DNA of 62,089 bases from Pedosphaera sp. (lineage in GTDB: Bacteria; Verrucomicrobiota; Verrucomicrobiia; Limisphaerales; SIBH01): the NCBI GenBank assembly GCA_031414955.1, contig JANOQV010000045.1, forward strand, positions 1 to 62,089, given 5' to 3'. The stretch's first letter is position 1. Every line of letters starts with the position of its first letter. Shown one piece after another: positions 31,062-39,993 of this stretch. Position numbers and translations under genes: made by a program. The notes beneath the pieces were generated by a model, which did not search any database, was not told where the DNA came from, and worked only from the letters and a program-made list of their open reading frames with translations.

Positions 31062-31107
31062 GCCATTGCGCCTGAGGGGAACGCTGCTGAGGGCTCGGTT
31101 TGAAACC

Positions 31108-31135
31108 TTGTCCCAATCCGCGCCCGTGGTAAGCT
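31108..31135 (+). promoter_or_regulatory. Possible sigma70 promoter of the TA cassette
   Basis: TTGTCC, 16 bp, TAAGCT with a TGn extension, about 10 bp before ATG 31145. Confidence 0.35.
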
Positions 31136-31144
31136 CCGCAACGT

Positions 31145-31390
31145 ATGTCATACCTCACCATGGAAGCCGCCATTGACCACGGGCGCATCACGGTTGCCGA
31201 ACCGGACAAGCTGCCGGTGACGGGCAAGGCGCTGCTCACCGTGCTGGATTCGCCGGAGCGCAAGCCGGACTGGGCGAAGGTCATGAGTCTGCTCGGCACC
31301 ATGGAGCACAAGGTGGATGGGCTGGCCGTCGAGCGCGAAGCGCGGGCCGGGTGGGATGAGCGCGAACGCAAGCAGTGGGGCAACCGCTGA
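31145..31390 (+). CDS. Putative antitoxin (VapB-like)
   Basis: 81 aa, TMEAAIDHGRI N-terminal strand and DGLAVEREARAGWD tail; stop overlaps the PIN start (TGATG). Confidence 0.7.
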   Translation: MSYLTMEAAIDHGRITVAEPDKLPVTGKALLTVLDSPERKPDWAKVMSLLGTMEHKVDGLAVEREARAGWDERERKQWGNR

Positions 31391-31776
31391 TGCGCTGGCT
31401 GCTCGACACGAACGTCTGGATTGACGCACACGCGGGCCGGCCTGACGCCGGTCGGGTTTTCGCCAAGGCCCAAGCGACACAGGGAGCGTGGCTGGGCTTT
31501 TCTTCCATCACCAAGATTGAGGCGCTGGGCTTCGCCGGCCTGAGCCCGCAGGACGACAAGGCATTGCGCGAGTTGCTGGCACAGTTCGAGGAACTCCCGG
31601 TTCTTCCCGCCGTGGTGCATGAAGCCATCCGGCTGCGCAAACTTCACAAAATGAAAACGCCGGACGCAATCATTGCCGCCACCGCATTGCTTCAGCAGGC
31701 GGAAGTGGTCACGCGAAATGTCGGCGACTTCAAGAAGGTGGCGGGACTGGCCGTGCTCGACACGCAAAGCTTCTGA
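31390..31776 (+). CDS. vapC: PIN-domain toxin VapC
   Basis: WLLDTNVWID, ITKIE, KTPDAIIAATA, VTRNVGDF. Confidence 0.9.
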   Translation: MRWLLDTNVWIDAHAGRPDAGRVFAKAQATQGAWLGFSSITKIEALGFAGLSPQDDKALRELLAQFEELPVLPAVVHEAIRLRKLHKMKTPDAIIAATALLQQAEVVTRNVGDFKKVAGLAVLDTQSF

Positions 31777-31835
31777 CTTCGCCGCCGTTGAATCGTGGCG
31801 GGAACTGATTCCTTCAAAGCTGGTCAGCAAGGCGT

Positions 31836-32147
31836 TCATCCCTTCAACTTATCCACGTCCTGCAACTGCGTCGTCCGGTAGTGCCGGTAGATGGCGATGA
31901 TGATGGCGAGGCCGACTGCGGCCTCCGCCGCCGCGATGCCGATGGAGAAAATCACGAACATGAGGCCGGTCAGTTCGTTCGCGTTCGCGCTGTAGCGCCA
32001 GAAGGCGATGAAATTCAGGTTGGCGGCGTTGAGCATCAGCTCGATGCCGATGAGGACGAGGATGGCGTTGCGACGCGTCAAGGCCCCGGCCAACCCGATG
32101 CTGAACAGCAAGGCGGCAAAGATGAGGTAGTAGTGAAGCGGAGTCAT
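31836..32147 (-). CDS. nuoK: NADH-quinone oxidoreductase subunit K
   Basis: RRNAILVLIGIELMLNAANLNF, AAAEAAVGLAI. Confidence 0.96.
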   Translation of the reverse strand: MTPLHYYLIFAALLFSIGLAGALTRRNAILVLIGIELMLNAANLNFIAFWRYSANANELTGLMFVIFSIGIAAAEAAVGLAIIIAIYRHYRTTQLQDVDKLKG

Positions 32148-32812
32148 GGTGTGGAACTCGTTTCAACAGGCCGACTGCTTCCAGATTCACCAGCGCCGCG
32201 GTAGGGCGCGCTTTCCTCAGCGCGCCGTGGTAAGGCGTCTGGATGTTCAATCCCCGTTTCCGATTCGTGGCGCGGCGCGGTGGGGACACCGCGCCCTACC
32301 TTCTTCTCCGGTTCATCGCGCATGGCGATGACGACCGCGCCGAGCAATGCAGCGGTGAGGACCAGCGCGATGGCTTCAAGTGGGATGACGTATTGGGTCA
32401 TCAACTTCTCGCCGATGCGGCGCACCTCCGCATTCGGCTTCGTGGTCATGGCCGGTCCGCGTTGCAAGCTCGGGCTTTTCAAGAGCGGCACGGCAATGCT
32501 CGCGCAGACGACGATGGCCACGAGCAATCCCGCCAGCCACGAACGCGAGCCACGCGCAAGTGATACCTCGGTATTGCGCGTAAGCAGGATGGTGAAGACG
32601 ATCAGAATCGCCACCGCGCCGACATAGACCAGGATTTGTGCGAAGCCGACGAACTCAGCGCTGAGGTGCAGATATGCCGCCGCCAGTCCACCGAACGTGA
32701 TGGCCAGGCAGAGTCCACAATGCACGAGGTTCCGCAGGCTCATGGCGCAGGCTGCGCTCACTAGGGTGACTGCCGCGATGATGATGAAGGCGATGGGAAA
32801 GTCACTCGGCAT
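32144..32812 (-). CDS. nuoJ: NADH-quinone oxidoreductase subunit J (with REP-encoded tail)
   Basis: NLVHCGL, AEFVGFAQILVYVGAVAIL, YVIPLE. Start at ATG 32812. Confidence 0.92.
   Translation of the reverse strand: MPSDFPIAFIIIAAVTLVSAACAMSLRNLVHCGLCLAITFGGLAAAYLHLSAEFVGFAQILVYVGAVAILIVFTILLTRNTEVSLARGSRSWLAGLLVAIVVCASIAVPLLKSPSLQRGPAMTTKPNAEVRRIGEKLMTQYVIPLEAIALVLTAALLGAVVIAMRDEPEKKVGRGVPTAPRHESETGIEHPDALPRRAEESAPYRGAGESGSSRPVETSSTP
32200..32300. repeat. GTAG-type REP doublet inside the nuoJ 3' end
   Basis: GGTAGGGCGCG-ctttcctcag-CGCGCCG ... CGGCGCGGTGGGGACACCGCGCCCTACC. Confidence 0.8.
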
Positions 32813-34019
32813 AGCGATAAGTGCGGGTCGGAAACTGGTTGGTGTGCAGCACGCGGCCAAGCGCGACATACGCGCCGCCAATGATGGCCGCGCAGACCAC
32901 CCAGCGGACAGCAAGTGCGCCCGTGAAACCCCATGCCCCGCTAAAATGCCAGAGCGCGGCCACGAGCAGATTGATGAGCGTCAACGGGACGAGAAATTTC
33001 CACGCGAGCTTCATCAGTTGATCCATGCGAAGACGTGGCACGGTGGCGCGCACCCAGATAAAGAGGGCGATGAGCGTGGCAAACTTCAGGAAGAACCAGA
33101 GCCACGATGGGACGAAATTCAGGAACGGCAGCGGCGCGGTCCATCCGCCGAGGAAAAGCGTCACGGCGAAACCAGTGATGGCGAACAGGCCCATGTATTC
33201 GCCGAGGAAAAACAGCGCGTACTTGAAGCCGGAGTATTCGGTGAGGTAGCCAGCGATGATCTCGGACTCGGCCTCGGGAAGGTCGAACGGCGCGCGGTTC
33301 GTCTCGGCGCACGCGGCGATCATGAAGAAGACGAACGCCGCGAAACCCCAGGGCGTGAGCACATGCCAGTGCGGAATGAAACCCAACGAATAGCTCGACT
33401 GCGCCTGGACGATTTTATCCAGCGAAAGCGAGCCGACCATCATCACGACCGCGACGGTCGAGAGGACGAGCGGGATTTCGTAGCTGATCATTTGGGCGAT
33501 GCCGCGCATGGCTCCCACCAGCGCATACTTGTTGCGGCTCGACCAGCCAGCCATGAACACGGCGAGTTCGGAACCGGCACCGAGCGCGAAGAAGAAAAGC
33601 AGGCCGGCATCGAGATCGATGGCGGACATGTTGCGGCCGAACGGGATGACGGCAAACGTAAGCCAGACCGGGATCGCGAGGGCGAGCGGCGCGAGGTAGT
33701 GGACGACCTTGTCCGCAGCGAACGGGACGATGTCTTCCTTGGTCAGCATCTTGATGCCGTCGGCCATGAATTGGCCAAAGCCGGCGAGCCGGATTTTGGT
33801 GAGCGGGATGCCGACGCGGTTCGGGCCGTAACGATTTTGCACGCGGCCGAGGGCTTTGCGCTCGACCACCGTCGTGATTCCAAACGCGAGGGCGAACAGG
33901 CCGATGATGGGAACAATCGAGAGAAGAATCGAAACGAACGGCCGCAGCGCGTCGGGCCAGAACGACCAGGCGACGATCCAGTGCTTGGCGATGACGAAAA
34001 TCTGGTCGGCGGTTTCCAT
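32802..34019 (-). CDS. nuoH: NADH-quinone oxidoreductase subunit H
   Basis: ERKALGRVQNRYGPNRVG, ADGIKMLTKED, QMISYE, ETNRAPFDLPEAESE, EYSG. Confidence 0.96.
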   Translation of the reverse strand: METADQIFVIAKHWIVAWSFWPDALRPFVSILLSIVPIIGLFALAFGITTVVERKALGRVQNRYGPNRVGIPLTKIRLAGFGQFMADGIKMLTKEDIVPFAADKVVHYLAPLALAIPVWLTFAVIPFGRNMSAIDLDAGLLFFFALGAGSELAVFMAGWSSRNKYALVGAMRGIAQMISYEIPLVLSTVAVVMMVGSLSLDKIVQAQSSYSLGFIPHWHVLTPWGFAAFVFFMIAACAETNRAPFDLPEAESEIIAGYLTEYSGFKYALFFLGEYMGLFAITGFAVTLFLGGWTAPLPFLNFVPSWLWFFLKFATLIALFIWVRATVPRLRMDQLMKLAWKFLVPLTLINLLVAALWHFSGAWGFTGALAVRWVVCAAIIGGAYVALGRVLHTNQFPTRTYRYAE

Positions 34020-34024
34020 TCAGG

Positions 34025-34678
34025 TCACATGGGAAATGGTTTGGTCGCGTCGCCGCTGGCGGGCGGTATCTTGGCATCCGGAGCAGCAGGCGCGGCGGCT
34101 TTCGCAACTTCGGCCGCGGCCTTGGCCGCAGCAGCGGCTTTGGCCTTTTCCTCTGCTTTGCGTTTCTCCTCGGCGAGTCGGCCATCGATCTCGGCGGCGT
34201 CCGTGGGATGCAGGTGGTGGAAGTAAGTGTTCGGCTTGGCGAGGTCCGTCTTCCTGAGCAGCAGTTTGTCGAAACGGTCGGTGGTGCTCAGTTCGAAGAC
34301 TTGATCCATCTTGATGGCCTCGAACGGGCAGACCTCGACGCAAATCTGGCAGCTCATGCAGACCGAGACATCGATGTCGAACGTGGCCGGATAGAGCTGC
34401 GGCTTGCCGGCGTAGTCGGGCTTCTTGTCCTTGCTCTTGACGATGTAGATGCACTGCGGCGGGCATTCCTTCTCGCAAATCTGGCAGGCCACGCAGCGCA
34501 GCCCGGCTTGCGAGTCGTCGCCATCGAACACGAGGAACGGAAAGTTCCGGCCATTCTCCTTCGGCGGAACTTTTTCCTCGGGATACTGGACGGTGGTGAG
34601 CCGCGTCTCGTCGTGGTAGCTGCCGACGAAGTTCCTGCCGGTTTCGATGAGACCTTTGATGAGTCCGGTGCCGAGCAT
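34025..34678 (-). CDS. nuoI: NADH-quinone oxidoreductase subunit I
   Basis: TVQYPEE and two CxxCxxCxxxCP motifs (CVACQICEKECP, CMSCQICVEVCP). Start at ATG 34678. Confidence 0.93.
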   Translation of the reverse strand: MLGTGLIKGLIETGRNFVGSYHDETRLTTVQYPEEKVPPKENGRNFPFLVFDGDDSQAGLRCVACQICEKECPPQCIYIVKSKDKKPDYAGKPQLYPATFDIDVSVCMSCQICVEVCPFEAIKMDQVFELSTTDRFDKLLLRKTDLAKPNTYFHHLHPTDAAEIDGRLAEEKRKAEEKAKAAAAAKAAAEVAKAAAPAAPDAKIPPASGDATKPFPM

Positions 34679-34684
34679 GTCAGT

Positions 34685-34850
34685 GGTTGCAGGTTGCAGG
34701 TTGAAAGTTGCTGGTTGGAAAAAGCACCAAGCACCAAGCTCCAAGCACCAGAGAAACATCAAACACCAAGCTCCAATGACGCCGGGCGACCACGTTGGGA
34801 CTTGAAGTTTGGAACTTCTCTGGAGCTTGGAGCTTGGAGCTTGGTGTTTT
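34685..34850. repeat. Heptamer tandem repeats arranged as an inverted pair
   Basis: 5x GGTTGCA-like units (34685-34719), then GCACCAA/GCTCCAA units, then complementary TTGGAGC units ending at the nuoD stop. Confidence 0.85.
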
Positions 34851-36022
34851 CATCGGTCCACCTCCCCCAGCACGATGTCCACGCTGCCGAGAATGATGAC
34901 CACGTCCGCGACGTTGTGGCCGAGGCACATATCTTCGAGGATGGTCAGGTTGATGAGACTGGGTGGGCGCACGCGGTAGCGGAACGGATTCGCGCTGCCG
35001 TCACTGATGAGATAAAAGCCCAGTTCACCCTTCGGTCCTTCAATGCGTCCATAGGCTTCGCCCGGCTTGGGCTTGAAGCTGCGCAGCTTCGCTTTCGGAT
35101 CGATGATGGGGCCGGCGGGAATCTGCGCCAGCGCTGGCTCGAGAATCTTGAGCGACTCGCGCATCTCCAGCACGCGAATCATGTAGCGGTCGAAGACGTC
35201 GCCGTGCTCGCCGACGGGGACGCGGAACGGGAAGCGATCGTAGATGCCATATTTGTCCACCTTGCGGATGTCGTAGCCGACGCCCGCGGCGCGGAGCATC
35301 GGGCCGGTGATGCTGGCGTTGACGGCCAGTTCCTTCGGCAAGACGCCGACGCCTTGGCTGCGCGCGAGGAGGATTTCGTTGCCGGTGAGCAGTGCCTCGA
35401 ACTCGTCGAGGAACTTCGGGAAATTCGCGACGACCTTTTTCGCCTGTTCGATCCATCCGCTCGGCAACTCACAGCGACAGCCACCAAAGCGCATGTAGTT
35501 GCACATCATGCGCGAGCCGCTGAGCGACTCAAAGAGATCGAGGATGTTCTCGCGTTCCCGGAACGCATACATCAGCGGCGTGCCAAGCGCGCCCATGTCC
35601 TGCATGAGGAAGCCGACGAGGCACGCGTGATTGAGCAGGCGCGTCAGCTCAGCGGTGATGACTCGGATGTATTCGGCGCGCTCGGGCACCTGCAGGCCGG
35701 CGAGCTTTTCAACGCTGAGCGCGTAAGCCCAGTTGTTGGTCATCGAGCAGAGGTAATCGAGCCGGTCGGTGTACGGCATTGAGCCGAGGTAGCTCGTGTT
35801 CTCGGCGATCTTCTCGTGATTGCGATGGAGGTAGCCGAAGACGGGCTTGAGCTTCACCACCGTCTCGCCATCGAGCACCACGTCCATGCGGAACACGCCA
35901 TGCGTGGAAGGGTGATGTGGTCCCATCGAGACTTCGAGCAATTCGCCGCCAAGGTCGTCGCCGTTGGGCGCGGTCTTGGGGCGGACCTCGTAGTTGCGGG
36001 ATGGAGTTTCAAGTGAAGCCAT
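34850..36022 (-). CDS. nuoD: NADH-quinone oxidoreductase subunit D
   Basis: [43 protein letters not shown]. Start at ATG 36022. Confidence 0.96.
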   Translation of the reverse strand: MASLETPSRNYEVRPKTAPNGDDLGGELLEVSMGPHHPSTHGVFRMDVVLDGETVVKLKPVFGYLHRNHEKIAENTSYLGSMPYTDRLDYLCSMTNNWAYALSVEKLAGLQVPERAEYIRVITAELTRLLNHACLVGFLMQDMGALGTPLMYAFRERENILDLFESLSGSRMMCNYMRFGGCRCELPSGWIEQAKKVVANFPKFLDEFEALLTGNEILLARSQGVGVLPKELAVNASITGPMLRAAGVGYDIRKVDKYGIYDRFPFRVPVGEHGDVFDRYMIRVLEMRESLKILEPALAQIPAGPIIDPKAKLRSFKPKPGEAYGRIEGPKGELGFYLISDGSANPFRYRVRPPSLINLTILEDMCLGHNVADVVIILGSVDIVLGEVDR

Positions 36023-36657
36023 CAAGACTTCACCTCCAGCGCGGCGTGCTGCTTCGCCTTTTCCAGCACCTCGTCGTGCGGCGTTGGTTCGTATTCGTAA
36101 TCGTCCGGCTCGACGTAGTCTTTGCGCATCGGATGATCTTTGAAGCCATCCCACATGAGCAGGCGGCGCAAATCGGGATGACCGTCGAAGACGATGCCGT
36201 AGAGGTCGAAAATCTCACGTTCCTGGAATTCCGCGCCGCGCCAGACCGGCGTGAGCGACGGCAGGTGGTTTTGATCAGAGCGATTGCCGGTGCGCATCCG
36301 GATGATCAGCGGGCCGTGCTTCAACTCCATGGAGTAGAGGTGATAGACCGCTTCGAGAAAGCCGGGGATTGGCATGTCGGTCGTCTCTTCGACTTCCTTC
36401 TCCACGCCGTCCCCGAGCTTCATCATCTTCGTTTTGATCTTCTCGACGCGGTCAGGCCAATCAACGCCCGTGACATTCGAGGCGTAATCGAAGCGCAATC
36501 CCGTCCCCGTGCGGAGAAAGGTCGCGACCGCCGCGCCATGCGGCGAGTTGAGCAGCAGCGAAGACTGCGCAGGCACGCTGGGGTTCGCGACAATCTCGAC
36601 TTTCGCGCCGGGCACGGCTTGCTCGATCTGCGACTTGATTTGTTCGAGTGAAAGCAT
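36022..36657 (-). CDS. nuoC: NADH-quinone oxidoreductase subunit C
   Basis: [49 protein letters not shown]. Confidence 0.95.
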   Translation of the reverse strand: MLSLEQIKSQIEQAVPGAKVEIVANPSVPAQSSLLLNSPHGAAVATFLRTGTGLRFDYASNVTGVDWPDRVEKIKTKMMKLGDGVEKEVEETTDMPIPGFLEAVYHLYSMELKHGPLIIRMRTGNRSDQNHLPSLTPVWRGAEFQEREIFDLYGIVFDGHPDLRRLLMWDGFKDHPMRKDYVEPDDYEYEPTPHDEVLEKAKQHAALEVKS

Positions 36658-36661
36658 CTGG

Positions 36662-37282
36662 TCAGCAGCCGCCGCGATTCACTGTGGGTGGTTTCCAGAG
36701 GTCGGGATTCGACGCCGGCTCAAGGTCATGCTCGCCAAAGGCCGGAATGGGAAACTCGCTCGGTTGCGACGCGTCGAGATGACGCGGGCGATTGGCACCC
36801 GTGAGAGCCTGTTCCTCGATCTTCTTCTGCAATGTCATCAGCGCATGCAACAGCGCTTCGGGTCGCGGCGGGCAGCCGGGAATGTGGACATCCACCGGAA
36901 TGTAACGGTCGATGCCCTTGAGCACGTTGTAGCCCTGCTTGAACGGCCCGCCAGAGATGGCGCACGCGCCCATGGCGATGACGTACTTCGGCTCAGGCAT
37001 CTGGTTGTAGAGCCGCACGACTTGCGGAGCCATCTTCTTGGTCACAGTGCCGGCGACGATCATCAGGTCGGCCTGTCGTGGCGAAGGACGAAATACCTCT
37101 GCGCCGAAACGCGCGATGTCGAACCGTGCCATCGAGGCCGCGATCATCTCGATGGCGCAACACGCGAGGCCGAATTGCAGTGGCCAGACGGAGTTCTTGC
37201 GGCCCCAGTTGTAGAGTTCGTTGAGCGACGTGGTGAACACGCCGGCCTTGCTTAATTCGCTTCGTAGTCCTTCGTCCACCAC
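36662..37282 (-). CDS. nuoB: NADH-quinone oxidoreductase subunit B
   Basis: [31 protein letters not shown]. Confidence 0.97.
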   Translation of the reverse strand: MVDEGLRSELSKAGVFTTSLNELYNWGRKNSVWPLQFGLACCAIEMIAASMARFDIARFGAEVFRPSPRQADLMIVAGTVTKKMAPQVVRLYNQMPEPKYVIAMGACAISGGPFKQGYNVLKGIDRYIPVDVHIPGCPPRPEALLHALMTLQKKIEEQALTGANRPRHLDASQPSEFPIPAFGEHDLEPASNPDLWKPPTVNRGGC

Positions 37283-37285
37283 AGG

Positions 37286-37657
37286 TTATTTCCAATTCAA
37301 GACACCTTTGCGCCAGGCCCACACGAGGCCTTCGACCAGCAGCAACAGGAAAATCATAATCGCCACAAACGCGCCGACCGGCAGCGTCTTGAACGCCACG
37401 GCGAAGGGCAGCAGAAAAATCGTCTCGATGTCGAAGACGAGGAAGACGATGCCGTAAAGGTAGTAATCCGATTTGAACTGCACCCAGTCCTTGGCGTCGG
37501 ACTCGAGACCGCATTCATAGACGGCGTTCTTGCTCGGGCCTGATTTGCGCGGCGAATACTGCCTGGCCCAGAGAGCGGCCAGAGCCAGCGGAGTGAGCGC
37601 GAAAACAGCCGCCGCCGCCAGGAACACGGCGAGTAACATGTATGGGCTGTCTTGCAC
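37286..37657 (-). CDS. nuoA: NADH-quinone oxidoreductase subunit A
   Basis: YECG, FLVFDIETIFL, WRKGVLNW. Confidence 0.95.
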   Translation of the reverse strand: MQDSPYMLLAVFLAAAAVFALTPLALAALWARQYSPRKSGPSKNAVYECGLESDAKDWVQFKSDYYLYGIVFLVFDIETIFLLPFAVAFKTLPVGAFVAIMIFLLLLVEGLVWAWRKGVLNWK

Positions 37658-37885
37658 GGGGCTATTTCTTAATGGGTTGAGTCCGGCGTGTCACACACAA
37701 AGCGGCTGGTGAGAAGAACGAGGCAGCCTGGACGCGCCCCAGGGAGGAACTCGGGGTGCTGAGGCCGGTGACATGTTTTAGGGGCATCCCTCTCTTCAGC
37801 GCGCCGGGATGAGGTGGGCACCAGGCTGGAACGTCCCTCCGGCCTGACGTTGACGCGCGGCGCTGGCCCGGCGCACTATTCGCGG

Positions 37886-39295
37886 ATGAAGTTCTCCCGT
37901 CTCCTCGTGGCCGTAGCGATCTCCGCTTCGGTGGCTCAATCCGCGCTGGCGCAGTTGCCGTCCGCCAAGAACTCGAAGGCGAAGGCCACGCCGGCTCCGC
38001 GCACCGCCATTCATCCAGGGCCGTACCTGGAACTCGGACCTTTGCTCGGCCACGTCGGCCCCACGAACGCGAGGGTCTGGCTGAAGGCCTCGGGTCCGGC
38101 CCTGCTCTCCGTCGTCGTGGGCGAGCAGGCCAACTTGTCCGACCGCACCGGCTTCAAGGCGCCCAAGGCGGACGCCGCCTCTTTCTTCAGCACGCAAGTT
38201 GAACTCACGGAACTCTCCCCGGCCACGCGCTATTATTACGCGGTGCTGGTCGATGGGGAACTGGCCACGCCGCGTCCGTTTCCGACCTTCACCACCGCGC
38301 CGGTGCCCGGCACGAGCGGACGACAGCGGTTCGCCTTCGTCTCCTGTGTCGGCAATGACGGATTTAACTCCGCCGGGGCCTGGGCCGATCTCGCCACGCG
38401 CACCAAGTTCGATGTGCTGCTGATGCTGGGAGACAACCACTACGGCAACACCACGGACGCGGCGAAGCACTTCCAGTTCTTCGGCGTCCAACGCCGCCTG
38501 CCGGGCTACGCCGAGATCTCACAGCGCGCGCCGCAATACGCGATCTGGGACAACCACGATTACGGCCCGGAACCTGCCGACAAGCGCCAGCCAAAAAAAG
38601 CCGACTCCTGGCGCGCTTTCCAGATGCTCTGGGCCAATCCCAGCTACGGTGAGCCGGACAATCCGGGCGTCTATTTCAATTTTACCCGCGGCGATATCGA
38701 CTTCTTCATGCTGGACGGCCGCTACTATCGCGATGCGAACAACGCGCCCGAGGACGGCAAGAAAACGCACCTCGGCGAGAAACAACTGGCCTGGCTCAAG
38801 CGCGAGCTGCTGGCCTCCAAGGCGAAGGTGAAGGTGCTGGCCACCGGCGGCGAATGGCAGACCCACGGCCAGGCCGCGTCGTGGACCAGCTTCCCGCGCG
38901 AGCGCGATGATCTCTTCAAGTTCATCGGCGACCACAATATCACGGGGCTGTTGTTGCTCTCCGGCGACCGCCACTTCACGGCCGCGTATCAGGCCGCGGG
39001 CAAATTCATCGAAGTGACGAGCGGGCCCATGGGCAGCCAGAACGTGGATCCCAAGCCGACGCCGGAGATGTTCTGGAACGGAGGCAAGACCGGAAAATTC
39101 TACTGCGTGTTCGATGTGAACACCGCGCCGGCCGAGCCGGAGATCTCCGTGGAGATTTATCGCGCCAGCGAGGGGCTGGCCTTCCGCCGCGCCTTCACCT
39201 GGGACGAGGTGCTGGGCAAGACGGCCATCAAGCCGCTCGCGCAGACACCGCCGAAGGCCCCGGCAAGCAACCGCTCACCGGCGCAAAGTCCGTGA
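37886..39295 (+). CDS. PhoD-like alkaline phosphatase D family protein
   Basis: Signal peptide, LGDNHY, IWDNHDYG, LDGRYYR, LSGDRH. Start at ATG 37886. Confidence 0.88.
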   Translation: MKFSRLLVAVAISASVAQSALAQLPSAKNSKAKATPAPRTAIHPGPYLELGPLLGHVGPTNARVWLKASGPALLSVVVGEQANLSDRTGFKAPKADAASFFSTQVELTELSPATRYYYAVLVDGELATPRPFPTFTTAPVPGTSGRQRFAFVSCVGNDGFNSAGAWADLATRTKFDVLLMLGDNHYGNTTDAAKHFQFFGVQRRLPGYAEISQRAPQYAIWDNHDYGPEPADKRQPKKADSWRAFQMLWANPSYGEPDNPGVYFNFTRGDIDFFMLDGRYYRDANNAPEDGKKTHLGEKQLAWLKRELLASKAKVKVLATGGEWQTHGQAASWTSFPRERDDLFKFIGDHNITGLLLLSGDRHFTAAYQAAGKFIEVTSGPMGSQNVDPKPTPEMFWNGGKTGKFYCVFDVNTAPAEPEISVEIYRASEGLAFRRAFTWDEVLGKTAIKPLAQTPPKAPASNRSPAQSP

Positions 39296-39457
39296 CAGAC
39301 CGCCGCGAAAAACCCAACGCACGAGCGCGCAGCCCAGTCCCACGCCCGCCGCGAGCAGGAGGCCCGTGACCAGCAGCGCAAGGTTCTGCGCGTCCTCGTG
39401 CGCTTGCCGTCCCGCCGCAAGCAGCGCTTTTGAGATCCAGTCCGGGGACGCACTCAT
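39275..39457 (-). CDS. Small hypothetical membrane protein
   Basis: 60 aa with one TM; ATG overlaps the GNAT stop (ATGA). Confidence 0.45.
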   Translation of the reverse strand: MSASPDWISKALLAAGRQAHEDAQNLALLVTGLLLAAGVGLGCALVRWVFRGGLSRTLRR

Positions 39458-39990
39458 GGACGAGTGGCAGGTCGGGAGAAGGAGCTGGCTGCGACCAGCG
39501 ACTTCATCATCACGTAATCATCCATCACGAAACCGCCGCCGATGTCGGCCACGATGGATTCACGCACGGTGAACCCGCGTTTCAAATAAACGGCCACGGC
39601 TTTTTCGTTCCGCTTGTTGACGTTCAGCACGAGCGCGGTCGCACCCTCCACGCGGGCGGCAGACTCGCACTCCTTCAACAGCAGGCTGCCCAAGCCGTGC
39701 CTTTGCCAGTCGGGATGCACGTAAAGTTTGTGCAGTTTGAACTCCGTCGCGCTGGCGCCAGGACCAACCGAGGCGAAGCCGCGCATCGCTCCATCCGCCA
39801 GCACGCGAAACCACGACACCCCGCCCTCCAGTTCGCGGCGCATCGACTCCGCATCGTACATGCGCGCCAGCATGTACTCGATCTGCTCGGTGGAGATGAG
39901 GCCGGAGTAATGCGCGCGCCAGATGACGGCGGCGAGGGCGGCGATCTCTGCGAGGTGCTCCTTCGCGGCTGGCTCGACGACGAGGTGCAT
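39454..39990 (-). CDS. GNAT family N-acetyltransferase
   Basis: LHKLYVHPDWQRHGLGS, LNVNKRNEKA..Y.K.GF. Confidence 0.9.
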   Translation of the reverse strand: MHLVVEPAAKEHLAEIAALAAVIWRAHYSGLISTEQIEYMLARMYDAESMRRELEGGVSWFRVLADGAMRGFASVGPGASATEFKLHKLYVHPDWQRHGLGSLLLKECESAARVEGATALVLNVNKRNEKAVAVYLKRGFTVRESIVADIGGGFVMDDYVMMKSLVAASSFSRPATRP

Positions 39991-39993
39991 CGG

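Noticed and set aside
34685..34850. CRISPR array
   Set aside because: Units are 7 nt with no unique spacers, and there are no cas genes. No CRISPR was seen anywhere in the window.
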